A stretch of DNA of 64,000 bases, taken from the human T2T-CHM13v2.0 reference genome, Homo sapiens. This document shows positions 1-12,290 of the stretch, piece after piece. The stretch lies in NCBI RefSeq assembly GCF_009914755.1, contig NC_060927.1, one strand, 5' to 3'. The position numbers and the translations under genes were made by a program. How positions within the stretch are numbered: the first letter of the stretch is position 1; each line of letters starts with the position of its first letter. The notes beneath the pieces were generated by a model. It searched no databases. It saw only the letters and a list, made by a program, of their open reading frames with translations, and had not been told where the DNA came from.

Positions 1-626
1 TCTCCATTGTGACAATGGAGACAATTTTTGAGCACTGTCTCAAATCTGGTGATAATTTTTTTTTAAGTGAAAGGAAGTTTATTAGGAAAGTAAAGGAACA
101 AAGAATGACTACTCCATAGGCAGAACAGCCTGGTGACAACTTTTAAAAAGTAAAAACTTTATTACAAAAACATTTGTTTATTGTAGAAAAGCTTTATTAA
201 ATAAAGCTAAGCAAAAATAAGGAGGGAAAGATCACAATCAGTATACATCTTGCAGACCTTTAAAGAATTATTTTTGAAAAAACGGATATATACTGTTTTG
301 TAACTATGTCTCCTAACAAATAGTCGCAACATCTCATTAATAAATATTCACCTGCAGAATTATTTTAAACGGCTGCATGGCATTTGGATGTACCACAAGA
401 TACACAACAAATTTCCTGATGTTGGCCATTTTGGTTAATTCCACTTTACTCACAATTACTAATAACGTTGCGAGCTATAGCAATAACTTTGAAACTGCAG
501 AGAATTTCCTTAATTCTTTCTTACAATTCCAGTAGAATACGATGGTGTCCCTTCTCCGACAAAAGGGAATATTTGGGCATTATCACTGCCAAAGAAAAAT
601 GCCTTTTTGATGGGTGAAAATGCTAC

Positions 627-805
627 CTCATCGCGTTATTGGCAGGTCCTCGATTATCGGCGAGTCACTGAGGTTCCGAGAGGGGCGTCTCTGCTCACGC
701 AAACAGCTACCCAGCCGCCTCCCACGGTCTGACCTCAGCCAAGGTGACGCGGCTTAAAGTCAACCGGCGGAAAGAGAGTCGAACGGGACGCGTGCGTGGG
801 AAAGC
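627..805 (-). other. NGLY1: Probable alternative non-canonical first exon of NGLY1, head-to-head with OXSM; contributes only ATG-AG of coding sequence. The 5' end is approximate.
   Basis: The minus strand reads cgcgATGAG|GTAGCA (ATG at 631-629, GT donor at 626-625) inside the CpG island. NGLY1 is known to lie divergent to OXSM. The existence of an isoform with a short alternative N-terminus is recalled, not verified here. Confidence 0.6.
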
Positions 806-1000
806 GCATGAGCGTACGTGCGAGCGCGCATGAGCGTACGTGCGTGTGCGCGTGCGCTCGAGAGCGTCATCGCCCCCGACTGTGGAGAAGTGTCCGGGGT
901 AGCCCCGTTACAGGTATCGCTGGCTACCCTCCTCCTTCGCCCCTCCTTTCCTCCTTTACATTCAAATCAAGTCGGGGTTGAATTTCGAGAGGGGAGTCCG
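630..1000. promoter_or_regulatory. CpG-island bidirectional promoter (OXSM/NGLY1)
   Basis: Sharp rise in CpG density relative to the AT-rich flanks; no TATA box; NRF1-like GCGCATG motifs at 804 and 826; lies directly upstream of the OXSM exon 1 donor. Confidence 0.85.
850..913 (+). other. OXSM: OXSM exon 1 (non-coding; TSS approximate)
   Basis: Donor CAG|GTATCG at 913/914 within the CpG island; matching acceptor tcttttacAG|G at 1755/1756. Confidence 0.7.
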
Positions 1001-1786
1001 AGGACCTGGGGCCTGATTTCTTTTTCTCTCGCCATGCTTCTTCGGGCTGTGTACATGTGTGGTGGTGCCTGAGAGGCGATACAGGGAATGGCTACACTCT
1101 TTTACTCCCGCCCCTGGCCTTCGTAGTACCCTTGAAGTGATCCACTAGTCGTAACCCCTCCTTCCACCAATGATTCAATTGGAGAAGTTTAGAGGAGTGG
1201 AAAGACTTGTCCCCTTCCCCCATCGCAAGCTTGGTCACAGAGTGTATTGCCAACCCATGTATCCAGACGCTCAGTCTAGGGCTCTTGGCCCTGGGTAGCG
1301 TTTTGAAAAGGCTGGTTATCCTTAAGTACTGAAGATTGATAAAGCCCACTTACTTACTTAAAAGAATATGCCCTGAAATGTGTTTTCTGTGCCACTGACA
1401 CCAGAAATGCTATTTAGAAGAAGTTATCAGTAATCCTGACAAAGGATGCTTCCTGCAGCTCAAATCAGGCTGGAGGTGCCTTTATATTTTTCATTGAATT
1501 ACTGTTTTGGTGACTCGAATGAATCATCAATTCATTTATTTGTCTTCAAATGTCTGACGGCACTTAAGGTCTAAAAAAGAAGGTAAGTTTAAACAGATAG
1601 TTTGATGTTAAGGTATAAATTGAAAGTATGTAACATTTTCCCTGTGTTCATTAGCAGCTCATATCAAGCACCCAAAGGAACACCTTGGATGTTTTTCCTT
1701 AGGCCCTTAAGCTATTTAAAAGAATACCTCCTAGGTGTGTTGTGGTCTTTTACAGGAATGTGTTTCTGATCATCTGAATCTTAATC

Positions 1787-2763
1787 ATGTCCAACTGCCT
1801 GCAAAATTTCCTGAAAATTACAAGCACTCGTCTTCTATGTTCAAGATTATGCCAACAGTTAAGAAGTAAAAGGAAGTTTTTCGGAACTGTGCCAATATCC
1901 AGATTGCATAGGCGAGTTGTCATTACAGGCATTGGCTTAGTGACTCCTCTTGGTGTTGGAACTCACCTGGTTTGGGATCGTCTTATCGGAGGAGAGAGTG
2001 GAATTGTTTCACTGGTTGGTGAAGAGTATAAGAGTATCCCTTGCAGTGTTGCTGCTTATGTGCCAAGAGGTAGTGATGAAGGTCAGTTCAATGAACAAAA
2101 CTTTGTGTCCAAATCAGATATCAAGTCCATGTCTTCTCCCACCATCATGGCCATTGGGGCTGCAGAATTAGCCATGAAGGATTCTGGCTGGCATCCTCAG
2201 TCAGAAGCTGATCAAGTGGCTACTGGTGTTGCAATTGGCATGGGAATGATTCCTCTTGAAGTTGTTTCTGAAACTGCTTTGAATTTTCAGACAAAAGGTT
2301 ACAATAAAGTTAGCCCATTTTTTGTCCCTAAGATTCTGGTCAATATGGCAGCAGGCCAGGTCAGCATTCGATATAAACTCAAGGGCCCAAATCATGCAGT
2401 ATCCACAGCCTGTACCACAGGAGCTCATGCTGTGGGAGACTCATTTAGATTTATAGCCCATGGTGATGCTGATGTGATGGTGGCTGGAGGTACAGATTCT
2501 TGTATTAGCCCTTTATCTCTTGCTGGGTTTTCCAGAGCCCGGGCTCTGAGCACAAACTCAGATCCCAAGTTGGCATGTCGACCATTTCATCCAAAGAGAG
2601 ATGGTTTTGTAATGGGAGAAGGTGCAGCTGTGCTGGTGCTGGAAGAATATGAACATGCTGTTCAAAGAAGAGCCCGGATCTATGCAGAAGTTTTGGGCTA
2701 TGGACTCTCAGGTGATGCTGGTCACATAACTGCCCCTGATCCTGAAGGAGAAGGTGCCTTAAG
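1787..2763 (+). CDS. OXSM: OXSM coding exon 2 (exon starts at 1756): mitochondrial 3-oxoacyl-ACP synthase (FabF/KAS II-like), N-terminal 325 codons
   Basis: Arg/Leu/Ser-rich mitochondrial presequence, [22 protein letters not shown] (catalytic Cys209 at 2411), [10 protein letters not shown] motifs; donor AAG|GTAAAG at 2763/2764, phase 2. Confidence 0.98.
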
Positions 2764-3169
2764 GTAAAGATGGGTTATTTCCTTCGAAATATTTCTTCAA
2801 ATAAGACACTTTATTGGGAATCCCAAATTAGGGAAGTTGTAGTGTCTGGCCTTGGTGTACAGTATCTCTGTTGTTTTTCTTTTTTAGACTAAACAAGATT
2901 GTTTAGTTCTTTGCTTAAGACATTTGAAGTATTTCAAAGCATTTGAACATACTTACAAAAATTGCATTTGAGTTAAAAACCAATGGAGTTGTGGAAAAGA
3001 CCATGTGTGTCTTTGCCAACTTTTCACGCCTGCATTTGTGCTTAAGCATCAGTGTGCTCCCTCACAAAGTCCTCCTCTTTGACCCTTCATCAGACTTGGA
3101 AAGTAAAGTCAACCCTTCTAGATGTGTCTGGTTTTGCTCCATTTCAACAGGATTCTGTTCTTTTCAAAT

Positions 3170-3530
3170 CAGCACTTCTCAAACTATAATCACCTAGGGA
3201 TCTTATTTAAAATGCTAATTCTGATTCTGTAGGTCTAGGGTGGTGCTTGAGATTCTGTTTTGTTTTGTTTTTTTAGAGACAGGGTCTCTCTGTATTGCCC
3301 ATGCTGGTCTTATCTCACTGCAGTCTCTAACTCCTGGGCTCAAGCAATCCTCTCACCTCAGCTTCCTGAGTAGCTGGGACTACAGGAATGCGCCACTGAG
3401 ACCAGTTTTCTTTTTTTTGAATTTGTTTGTAGAGATGGGGTTTCGCTTTATTTCCCAGGCTGAGAGATTCTGTAGTTCTAACAGGTGATGGTGATACTGC
3501 TGGTTTAAGGACTACATTTAAGTTAACTGT
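3170..3530. mobile_element. MER5A-like hAT DNA transposon interrupted by a degenerate Alu monomer (3258-3460, minus)
   Basis: cagcacttctcaaact...aatcacctagggatcttatttaaaatgc...ctgattctgtaggtctagggtgg, resuming gagattctg after the Alu monomer. Confidence 0.65.
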
Positions 3531-3651
3531 TATAGATTAGTGCATTTAAAATGCAAAAAAATAAAAATAAAAAGTCCCTGATAATGTGTTAATAGATAGC
3601 TAATAGTTTAGCTTTCTTAAATCATATTATGTTTTACTCAGTTAAATTAGC

Positions 3652-3860
3652 CAGAGTTAGCAACCTTTTCTGTAATAGGAAAAATATAGTAAATATTTTT
3701 GGCTTTGTGGGCCATGGAGTCTGTTGCAACTAATCAACTCTGCCATTGTCATGTGAAAGCAGCCGTAGACAGTATGTAAATGTGTGGGCATGAATGTGTT
3801 CCAATGAAACTATTTACAAAAATAGGCATCTAGCCAGGGCCATAGTTTACCTACCCCTAA
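3652..3860. mobile_element. MER58A-like DNA transposon
   Basis: cagagttagcaaccttttctgta...tagtaaatatttttggctttgtgggcca...caactctgccattg...gtttacctacccct. Confidence 0.7.
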
Positions 3861-3899
3861 ATTATACATTTGAATTTTATTTTATTTGTTTTTGTTTGT

Positions 3900-4059
3900 T
3901 TGTTTTTCTTTTTTCTTTCTTTTTTTTTTTTTTAATAGAGTTGGGGTCTTGCTATGTTGCCAGAGCAAGAGCTGGTCTCAAACTCCTGGCCTCAAGCAGT
4001 CCTCCTGCCTTGGCCTCCCAAAGTGCTGGGATTACAGGTGTGAGCTACCATGCCTGGCC
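3900..4059 (-). mobile_element. FLAM/Alu monomer
   Basis: Poly-T followed by Alu left-arm reverse complement ending cctggcc. Confidence 0.8.
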
Positions 4060-4857
4060 TACTTTTGAATTTTAGTGAGTAGTTGCTGGTGGTAAAAATG
4101 TCAAGCATAGTAACAAAATAGATGAAGAAATGGTTATGTTCACAGGAAACCTTTCAGCATACTTCAAATTATACTCTGAGCTGGCTGTTAAGAAATATAT
4201 ATACACACACAAACACACATACATACATGTATATTTCTCTTAGGAACTAAAGGAAGATGACATCCAAAACGTTTTCAGAGGTCCTTTTAGATATAATTTT
4301 TACTCTTAAGTTTGTTTGGCTTAGCTTGCCTTTGTACTTTTTGTTTAGAATTCTTATAGCCTAAATAAAGAGGATTTTGAAAGATTATTTGAAACAATGA
4401 AACAGTAGATTATTGGGAAGTATGCCAAGTTTTGAATTTAAATGTGAAAGAAAAATCATAATTATAATTCTCATAAAAAATTGCCACACTCCAAAAATCC
4501 CTAGAACAAAAATTATTCTAGTCTTGAGTCAACATGGTATTTTTTCCCCAAGGAAAACTGCCAATGCAAATAAATGAAATTATGTTTTATTTGAGATTAT
4601 ACAATCTTGCATTGGCTTGTGTGTTTAACTCTTGGTGATGAACCAGTCCAAGGTAGTGAGTGTGACTCATTATTCCCATACAGATGGCATCCTAACTCAC
4701 ATGGTAATCCAAGATAGTGTTCCGTTACTAGAGCAAGGGATTCTTTTCATCCAGTGTACTTGGATACCTACATTTGTTTCACATAAGCCATACAGATAAA
4801 GAGACTTTTGTTAAAATTAAACTTAGTCCTGATAAATGTCTTTTCTTGTTTTATTAG

Positions 4858-5260
4858 GTGTATGGCTGCTGCTTTAAAAGATGCAGGTGTGCAGCCTGAG
4901 GAGATATCCTATATCAATGCACATGCTACTTCCACACCATTGGGAGATGCTGCTGAAAACAAAGCTATCAAACATCTCTTCAAAGACCATGCATATGCCC
5001 TTGCAGTTTCCTCAACTAAGGGAGCAACAGGACATCTGCTGGGAGCTGCAGGGGCAGTCGAGGCAGCTTTTACCACATTAGCTTGTTATTATCAAAAACT
5101 ACCACCTACTTTAAACCTGGATTGTTCGGAACCAGAATTTGATCTCAACTATGTTCCACTAAAGGCACAGGAATGGAAAACTGAGAAAAGATTTATTGGC
5201 CTCACCAATTCCTTTGGTTTTGGTGGTACTAATGCAACACTTTGTATTGCTGGACTGTAG
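4858..5260 (+). CDS. OXSM: OXSM coding exon 3 (C-terminal part)
   Basis: Acceptor ttttattAG|G at 4857/4858 restores the frame (AG+G=Arg). Contains NAHATST (His348), TGHLLGAAG (His385) and NSFGFGGTN; TAG at 5258-5260. Total 977+403=1380 nt = 459 aa. Confidence 0.98.
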
Positions 5261-5275
5261 AACATATAATTTGTA

Positions 5276-5281
5276 ATTAAA
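5276..5281 (+). terminator. OXSM: Polyadenylation signal ATTAAA of OXSM
   Basis: ATTAAA 15 nt after the stop codon, followed by T/GT-rich sequence. Confidence 0.7.
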
Positions 5282-5350
5282 TACTGATTTTTAAATGTTA
5301 TATGTGAAGAAATTATGCATTTATGTATTGATACCCAGATATACTTTATG

Positions 5351-5592
5351 TTAGGGTTTCTCAACCTTGGCACTATTAATATTTGGGTAAGATAATTCTT
5401 TGTTGGGAAAAGGGGGATTGTACTGTACATTGTTGGGTGTTTAACACCATCCTGATCGCTTCCTAATCTATTCCAATAGCACTCTCTTCCCCAGTTGTGA
5501 CAACCAAAAGTGTTTCCAGATATTGCCAAATGTTTTCGGGGGAACAAAATAACCCCACCCCTCCTGCATCCCGCCACCTATGAGAACCATGG
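5351..5592. mobile_element. MER20 DNA transposon
   Basis: gggtttctcaaccttggcactatt...ccagttgtgacaaccaaaa...tccagatattgccaaatgt...tgagaacca. Confidence 0.8.
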
Positions 5593-6019
5593 ATCTATAT
5601 TTTCCTAATACTTTAGGTCAAACAATTTTCTATAACATTTGACCTGCTCCTATCCCTTTCAACTCCTTTTTGCTAGGCAGGGTTGCTATACTATAGTACT
5701 CCAGGCGTACCATTCCCATACAATATATAGGAAGGAATATAACAAAGTTTGCATCAGCATTTTTGAGTTAAACTGTCAGCCAGTAATGATCTATTTACTC
5801 CTTATACACCTAGCCCTGTTTTCTTCATATTATCCATACTGTAATTCAGTATAATGAAATTTCTCTAAACTCCCAAGCCATCAGTTCTCTGAAAGAAGAA
5901 ACTGAAATTGATTTGACATGTCTTATTCTTTTTGTCTTTATGTTGGCACCTAGTGATTAACGGAGATAAAAATCTTTGGGACGTGGAGCAGAAATTGTTC
6001 ATGACTCGGGCCACGTCCC

Positions 6020-6467
6020 CTTGGCTTTCCTCTAACTTTTTTTAAGCTTTGCTAGTTTCCTGTGTTTTCCCAACATCCTACTATAAGTGTTGGTGGTTCC
6101 TCTACTTCTCTGCCTTGTTTTCTCTAACACGGAGGGATCTTGTTCATCCGCCGCAGCCTGGAAGTGTTGGTAGGGGGAAGGGAACACATTCCCCAGAGGC
6201 AATACTCGACCAATGAGGGATGACGGTGGCTAAGTGCCTCAGCCTCCTTTCAGAAGGGTATCTATGGTTCTCCACAGTTTTTCAGAGGGTCCCCAGTGAA
6301 TCGGAAGTTTAGTTACCCACAGCATTAGCTAGCTCTAATACTCCCTTCACTGGCTTTTATTTTCCCTTTCCCATGCTCCCTGATTGTTAATCTCATTCCC
6401 AGGAATCACCTCCCAAACAAACTGCTTGTTCTGAGGTTCTGCTTTCTGGGCAACTCAAACTAAGAAC
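6020..6467 (+). mobile_element. ERVL LTR (LTR16-like)
   Basis: Ends cacctcccaaacaaactgc...tctgctttctgggcaactcaaactaaga, typical of the LTR16/LTR33 group. Confidence 0.55.
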
Positions 6468-7042
6468 GTTTATGTTGTAGTGGGGGTTTATATATCAACG
6501 GGATAGAGTGAATAGGGGATAAACAGGGTGTGTGTATTTCTGCTGAAATGAATAGAGTTTCCCACATTGCAATAGACTGGACACATTGCCTGCCCACTGA
6601 CTTTGACTATAGTACTTTATCCCCTTTATGCCAAAGACTCCAGCTGTGTCTTCACATAACTATAATCAGTTTTAATTTTCATGAGCACACATTTATTCAT
6701 TCAACTGAAGTCTGTTGGGTGCTAACATAGACCTGGCTTTGTACTGGTCACCAGTGATGAAGAGAGTATGTCAGAGAAAGTTTCCTAAAGGAAGCTGAGG
6801 CTGTAAGGGTGAACAGGTCTTAGCCAGGTTGAAGGAGAAGATAAAGAAGGAAGGGTGTTCCAGTCAGGGAATTCAATGCGGGAAGGTTTAGAAGTCAGAA
6901 CATTTGTACTAAACATAGGTGCATATACCCTAAGATGGATTAGGAAATAATGGCAAAAAATCTGGAAAGGTAGGTCACAAATAACTACAAGTTTTGTTCA
7001 AGGCAGTAAGGGTAATAGGAAGCCATTTAAGGTTTGGGATGG

Positions 7043-7634
7043 TGTGATGGCTTTGTAATGTGTCAGTTTGGCGAGGCTGAACTACATTTCACAGCATTCC
7101 CTTTATTGTATGTTCTCGGTTAGGGTGGGCCATAGGAAATTCTTGTGGGAGATTTGGAGGATGGAAGTGAAGCAGCAGCTGTTTTGTAGCTCATGCATGT
7201 TGCTTAATCTGCTAGCTCATCTTGGTGTGAGACTGGCTGAGTCTTCAACTGCTTCACCTTTCCCTGGATCCTCTGTCAGTTTCCCTGACTCCTGGACCAG
7301 GTGTGTGTTTCGTTCCATGATAATGAAGGACCTGACCTTCTGCCCCATACCACCAAAGTCAGAGGCCATAAGAACTGACAGATTCCTTTCTGTCACTTTG
7401 TTTGTGGATTCCATCTTGTTACTGGAATTTACATCCATCTTCCCTTCCCAACTGCCTGCCCTGTGGACTTCAAACTCCATCATCAGAAGATGACAGGCGA
7501 ACATAGCTGCATTACAGAAACTTTAACCAGTTCTCACAATTGTGTAACTGGTTACACAAACTGTCAAATCCCTATAGCAGATATCTATATATGTCTTAGT
7601 GGTTCTATTTCTCTGAGTCAACATTGACTGATAC
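7043..7634. mobile_element. MLT2-like ERVL LTR inserted in an L2 fragment (~6690-7810)
   Basis: Starts tgtgatggctttgtaatgtgtcagtttggc; ends ggttctatttctctgag...gactgataca. Confidence 0.65.
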
Positions 7635-8224
7635 ATGTGAAGAAGAAGGGTTTATTGGGGGTGACATAATCATATTTTCTTTTGGAAACATCACCCTGGC
7701 TGCAGAGTGAAGAACAGCTTGGAGGGAAGCTTGATTCCCATAAGGGAATACAATCAGACGGTATTGCAAAATGTAGGTAAGAAAAGATGGTGGCCTGGAT
7801 GAAGAAGAATATTTTGACCCAAGTTTCTTCCAAAATTGAAAATCATGTGTTTTTAAAAAATCAACTTTACCAGGGCATAATTTATATATCAAATACATTT
7901 ATATGCCATTTTAAGTGTACAGGTCAATTAATTTTGATATAAGTATGCACACACATGGAACCACCACCTCAATCAAAGAACATTTCTGATACCCCAAAAT
8001 TCCTTTTGCCCTTTTGCAGTCAGTGCCCCCAGCTCCAGAAAATCACTGAAGAGCTTTCTGTTACTATAGGTAAGATGTACTTTTCTAGAATTTTAAATAA
8101 GTGGAGTCATGCAGAATATAACCTTTCGTGCCTGCCTTCTTATAATGTTTTTGAGGTTTATCCATGTTATTGATTGTGTCAGTAATTCATTTCTCTTTTA
8201 TTGCTGAATTTTAAAAATTATCTC

Positions 8225-8517
<293 letters not shown>

Positions 8518-8954
8518 CTAAAAATTCTTTAATCAGTATAGATACCCTTGACTTTTACTCTTTCCTTAGTCCCTACTTAGCTTATTTTTTAACTTTTTAC
8601 TGTCACTGTTTTTTAAAAAAATGAATATGTATTGCCTTTTAAACAGAAAAAAGACAGGATTTTTTTAAAAATTATAGAACCAAGATAGTTTCTAAAGCAA
8701 AGAATTCTTCCGCCCCGAATCACAAATGTACAAGGGTTTAACAAAGGACCTACACACACGCGCACACACACTTTTATATATATTATTTAGATTACCAGAA
8801 ATACTGCTAGAAATTTTAGAATTTCCTGTGGTTTAGTGCCATGAGTATATGATGAGTTTTGGATCCAAATATCCTAACCTTATCCCCAGGGTCTTTATAT
8901 TTAAGGAAGAAATAAAACTTAAGATAAAATTAATAATAGTTGATTCATATGTTT

Positions 8955-11030
8955 GTTCAGGTCTTCAGAAGCAGACATCAAAACAGAAATTTCTATGCAA
9001 GAAATTTGTTGTGAAGGATAGAGGGTGAGAGCAGGAGAATGCAGAGAGAGCCTTCCTTCCCACAACTAGGAAGGAGAGGGGCACAGGAATGAAAGAGGAT
9101 TGGGTAGGAAGGGTGTCAATCTGAAGTACCATTCTAATAAAGTTTTGGCCAGGCTGATGGGCAGTTTGCAATCAAAATCTCTTGTTAAAGGAGTTCCACA
9201 TCTCTCCAGGATGGGCCTGCATTAGGACCCATACTGCGCGTGGTCATTGGCTGTGAGCTGTCCAGGCACAGCAGGAGATCTGAACTGTCCATTTTTCATG
9301 CCATTGTAATCTACCCCTTGCACCACAGACATCTGTTTCTCCAAGCAGGTTCATGGGACAGCTCTTTCATGGTTCCTGTGGGCCTCTCTTTCTGAGGAAA
9401 AATTTAGATGAGGGTAGTTAGTAGGATAAATAATAGCCTCTGAGGCTGCAGTTGGTCTCAGGTCCACAAATGCTATTCCTCCTCTCTCTAATCCACTATT
9501 CATTCTAAATTCCCCTTGCCCTCAGCTATCATCTCGTCAGACCTTGGTGGCTGGGTGGTATAACCCAAACCTTCAGTCCTCAGGAATGTAAGCCCTTGGC
9601 AATCATACCATCACCTTTTCATACAGTGGCTGCTGCCTGTATCATAGAGCACTGGGATCAGGAGGCAAGGAAATGCCAGGAGATACCCACGTAGATCACC
9701 TAGATTCCACATATATTCTCCCTGTCCTAATTGTGTGAACACAACACTACCTTCTCCAGCGGATTAGGGTCAACTCTCACTGTTAGTATGTTGACTTTAT
9801 GGTTCCTGGGCACAAGAACTCCAAAGTGTCCTAGTGGCATCTACATCTTGTTGTTCAATGTAATACTTGTGTCTCCTGGCAAGAGTGCGTATCCTTTGGA
9901 GATCAGGACTTCCAACTTAAATAATTTGTTTACTTAGCTTAAATAAAATCTTATTTAGTTGCAGTAATACATCTCTGCAATGCCCAGAATTGCAAAATAG
10001 AAAGTATGAAATTCCTCATTGTGACTGAATCACTGGAAATAACAGTAAGTGGGGCCATTCATGTTTTCCAACTCCCTTTGTTTCTGAACCTACATGTTCT
10101 TCTTATTGCAGACTTAGCCCCATATAAAAGTTTTTGATGTAAGCATGTGCTGCATCTTGAGGATGGCACCACATCCAGTCAGAATTGTCACTGAGCTGTT
10201 GATTCGGGTATGCCTTTAGAAGGCAGTTCCAGCTTCTTTGAGGCTGGCTGCTTTTGGATGACATGATATGTGATACAAACTATGGAACCGTGGTCATAGG
10301 GCCATCTTATTTGCTGTACAATAGGTCCCCCTGCTCAGATGCTATGTCATAAGGGATTCCATGCCGGTGGATTATTTATTCCATAAGCTTGCAGATAGTG
10401 GTGCTGGCTGAGGCTCTGTGGGTAGGAAAGGCAAACCCACATCTGAAATAGGTATCTATCTATACCTATGAAGATGAATCACAGGTACTTTTGAGGTAGG
10501 TTGGACACTCAGAGGCAACAGTAGGGAGATATCTTGGTAAGTGGAAGTCCATATTTTGAGCCCACAGGTAGCCTTCGTTTCTGCCACTGTAACCTCTTGA
10601 TTCACAGGCCTTTCATGTAAGTTATATGGCAGCCAATGACAAAGGCTGGCTACTGTCAATTGGCAAATTCATTTTGTCTACTTGGCTATTTAGTCCCTCT
10701 ACTGTGATGGATACTTTCTGGTAGGTATAATTGTGTGATGCAGAAATCTTTATCCTTCATCATCTGTATGTCCATCCACATGCCTCTACTAAAGATACTG
10801 TTCTGCTTTTTCAGACCTTTTCCTTCTAGACCCCTGACTAAAGGCCAGGCCTTTGGACACTACCCAGGAATTTTTATATATTCTTACTTCTTGGGCCACT
10901 TCTACTGTATGAAGTGAGTAACCAGATGAAGCTCTGCCTATTGAGAAGATTTTTCCTTCCCAACATCTTTCAAGGCTACCCCTGAATGTGGCTGTGATGC
11001 AGCTGCCATTCATTTTCTACTTGAACTACT
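8955..11030 (-). mobile_element. Degenerate ERVL element (LTR16-like LTR plus internal pol-region remnants)
   Basis: LTR16-like start (cagaagcagac...atgcaagaaattt) followed by ERVL-internal-like sequence; no intact ORF. Confidence 0.5.
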
Positions 11031-11149
11031 GCAAGACATCTTTAGGAGGTAGAATCAACAGGATTTGGTAATTGATACCTTCACCTTCCCCACCTAATTC
11101 CTTGCTTCTTAATCTTCCCTATTCTCCGTCCCCACCTAGACAAATTCCA

Positions 11150-12290
11150 CCAGAGAAGGGATTTTTGCTATTTCTTTCACTGCCATAGTTCCTGTGTCTA
11201 GAACAGTACCTGGCACGAACTTGGTCTCAACAAACATTTGATGAGTGAACAATGAATGAATCTCAGTAAACTGCTCCACCAACCACGTAGAGCTCAGATC
11301 ACAAGACTAGTAAGAATCATCCTTGATTTCTCCCTTTTCCTCATTCCCTTTCCTAATCCTTCAACAAATCTAGCCAATTATATTTTCAAAATATGCCCCG
11401 AGTAGTCACTGTTCTCCATTTCTACCACTGTTATCCTTTCTTCTCTGAACTGCAAGCGCCAACTTTTTGGTCTTCCTGCTTCCACTCTCCATTGCTTTCT
11501 AAGTATTATTCATTCTTGTAATAGCTGACAAATTGATCTTTTTACAATATAAATCAGATCATGTTATTTCCCTGCTGAAAATCTTCTGATGGCTTCCCAT
11601 TTGACTCAGGTTGAATTCAAACACCTTACCAAGGTCTATGAGACCTCACAGGACCTCCCTCTCTAATCTCACCTCATACTGCTTGTGTTCAAACTGTGCT
11701 GGTGTATCAGCATGTGTATCCTCAAAAACACCAAGCTTATTTCTGCTCTTGTATGGAACACATTTTTATTTATGTGAAAATTATCTTCCTCTTTCTATTT
11801 GAGTTTCAGTACAAATATCTCTTCTTGAGAGAGACCTTCTCTAGCCACCCATTCTAAAGTAACCCCTTTTCTTCCTTCCCAATCCTTCTCCATCCACATC
11901 CCAGTGGTGTTGTTGAACACCTCTTTGCTTTTCCAGAGTAGTGCAATGGGAGAAATGGGAGATTGGGCTTGATAAGCCTGGATCTAAATCACTGTCACTG
12001 AGCCTAATTTTTCTCATGAAAATAGATTCAATCTGTAAAATGGAGTCAAACCTGTTTAACAATGGTTTTGAGACTCAAATCCAGTTGCTCAATATACTAA
12101 ATATAATCTTCACATCTCTTTCACTATTAGAAATTATCTTTTGTAAGGAAAAATATACATCTTTAGGGCTTTTTTCTTTTCTCTGGTAGTATATAAGCTT
12201 CATGGCAGAGAGATTTTGTCAACCTTGTGAACAAGAATGGTATTCCCAGAAATGGTATTCCCAGAACTCAGCAAAGTATGTGGCACACAC
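11150..12290 (-). mobile_element. L2 fragments
   Basis: tctagaacagtacctggcac...aacatttgatgagtgaacaatgaatga; aaatcagatcatgttatttccctgct. Confidence 0.6.

Noticed and set aside
796-1072. Short ORFs across the promoter (MSVRA repeats)
   Set aside because: By-product of GC-rich repeated motifs; they run through the exon 1 donor and show no protein similarity
4808-4857. N-terminal extension of the 150-aa ORF
   Set aside because: Intronic polypyrimidine tract; the true exon starts at 4858
1787-5260. Bacterial FabF-like gene suggesting horizontal transfer or a PKS cluster
   Set aside because: It has spliceosomal introns, a mitochondrial presequence and Alu-containing flanks; it is the known nuclear OXSM gene
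5149-5577. 142-aa antisense ORF overlapping the OXSM end
   Set aside because: Mostly MER20 sequence plus the antisense shadow of the CDS
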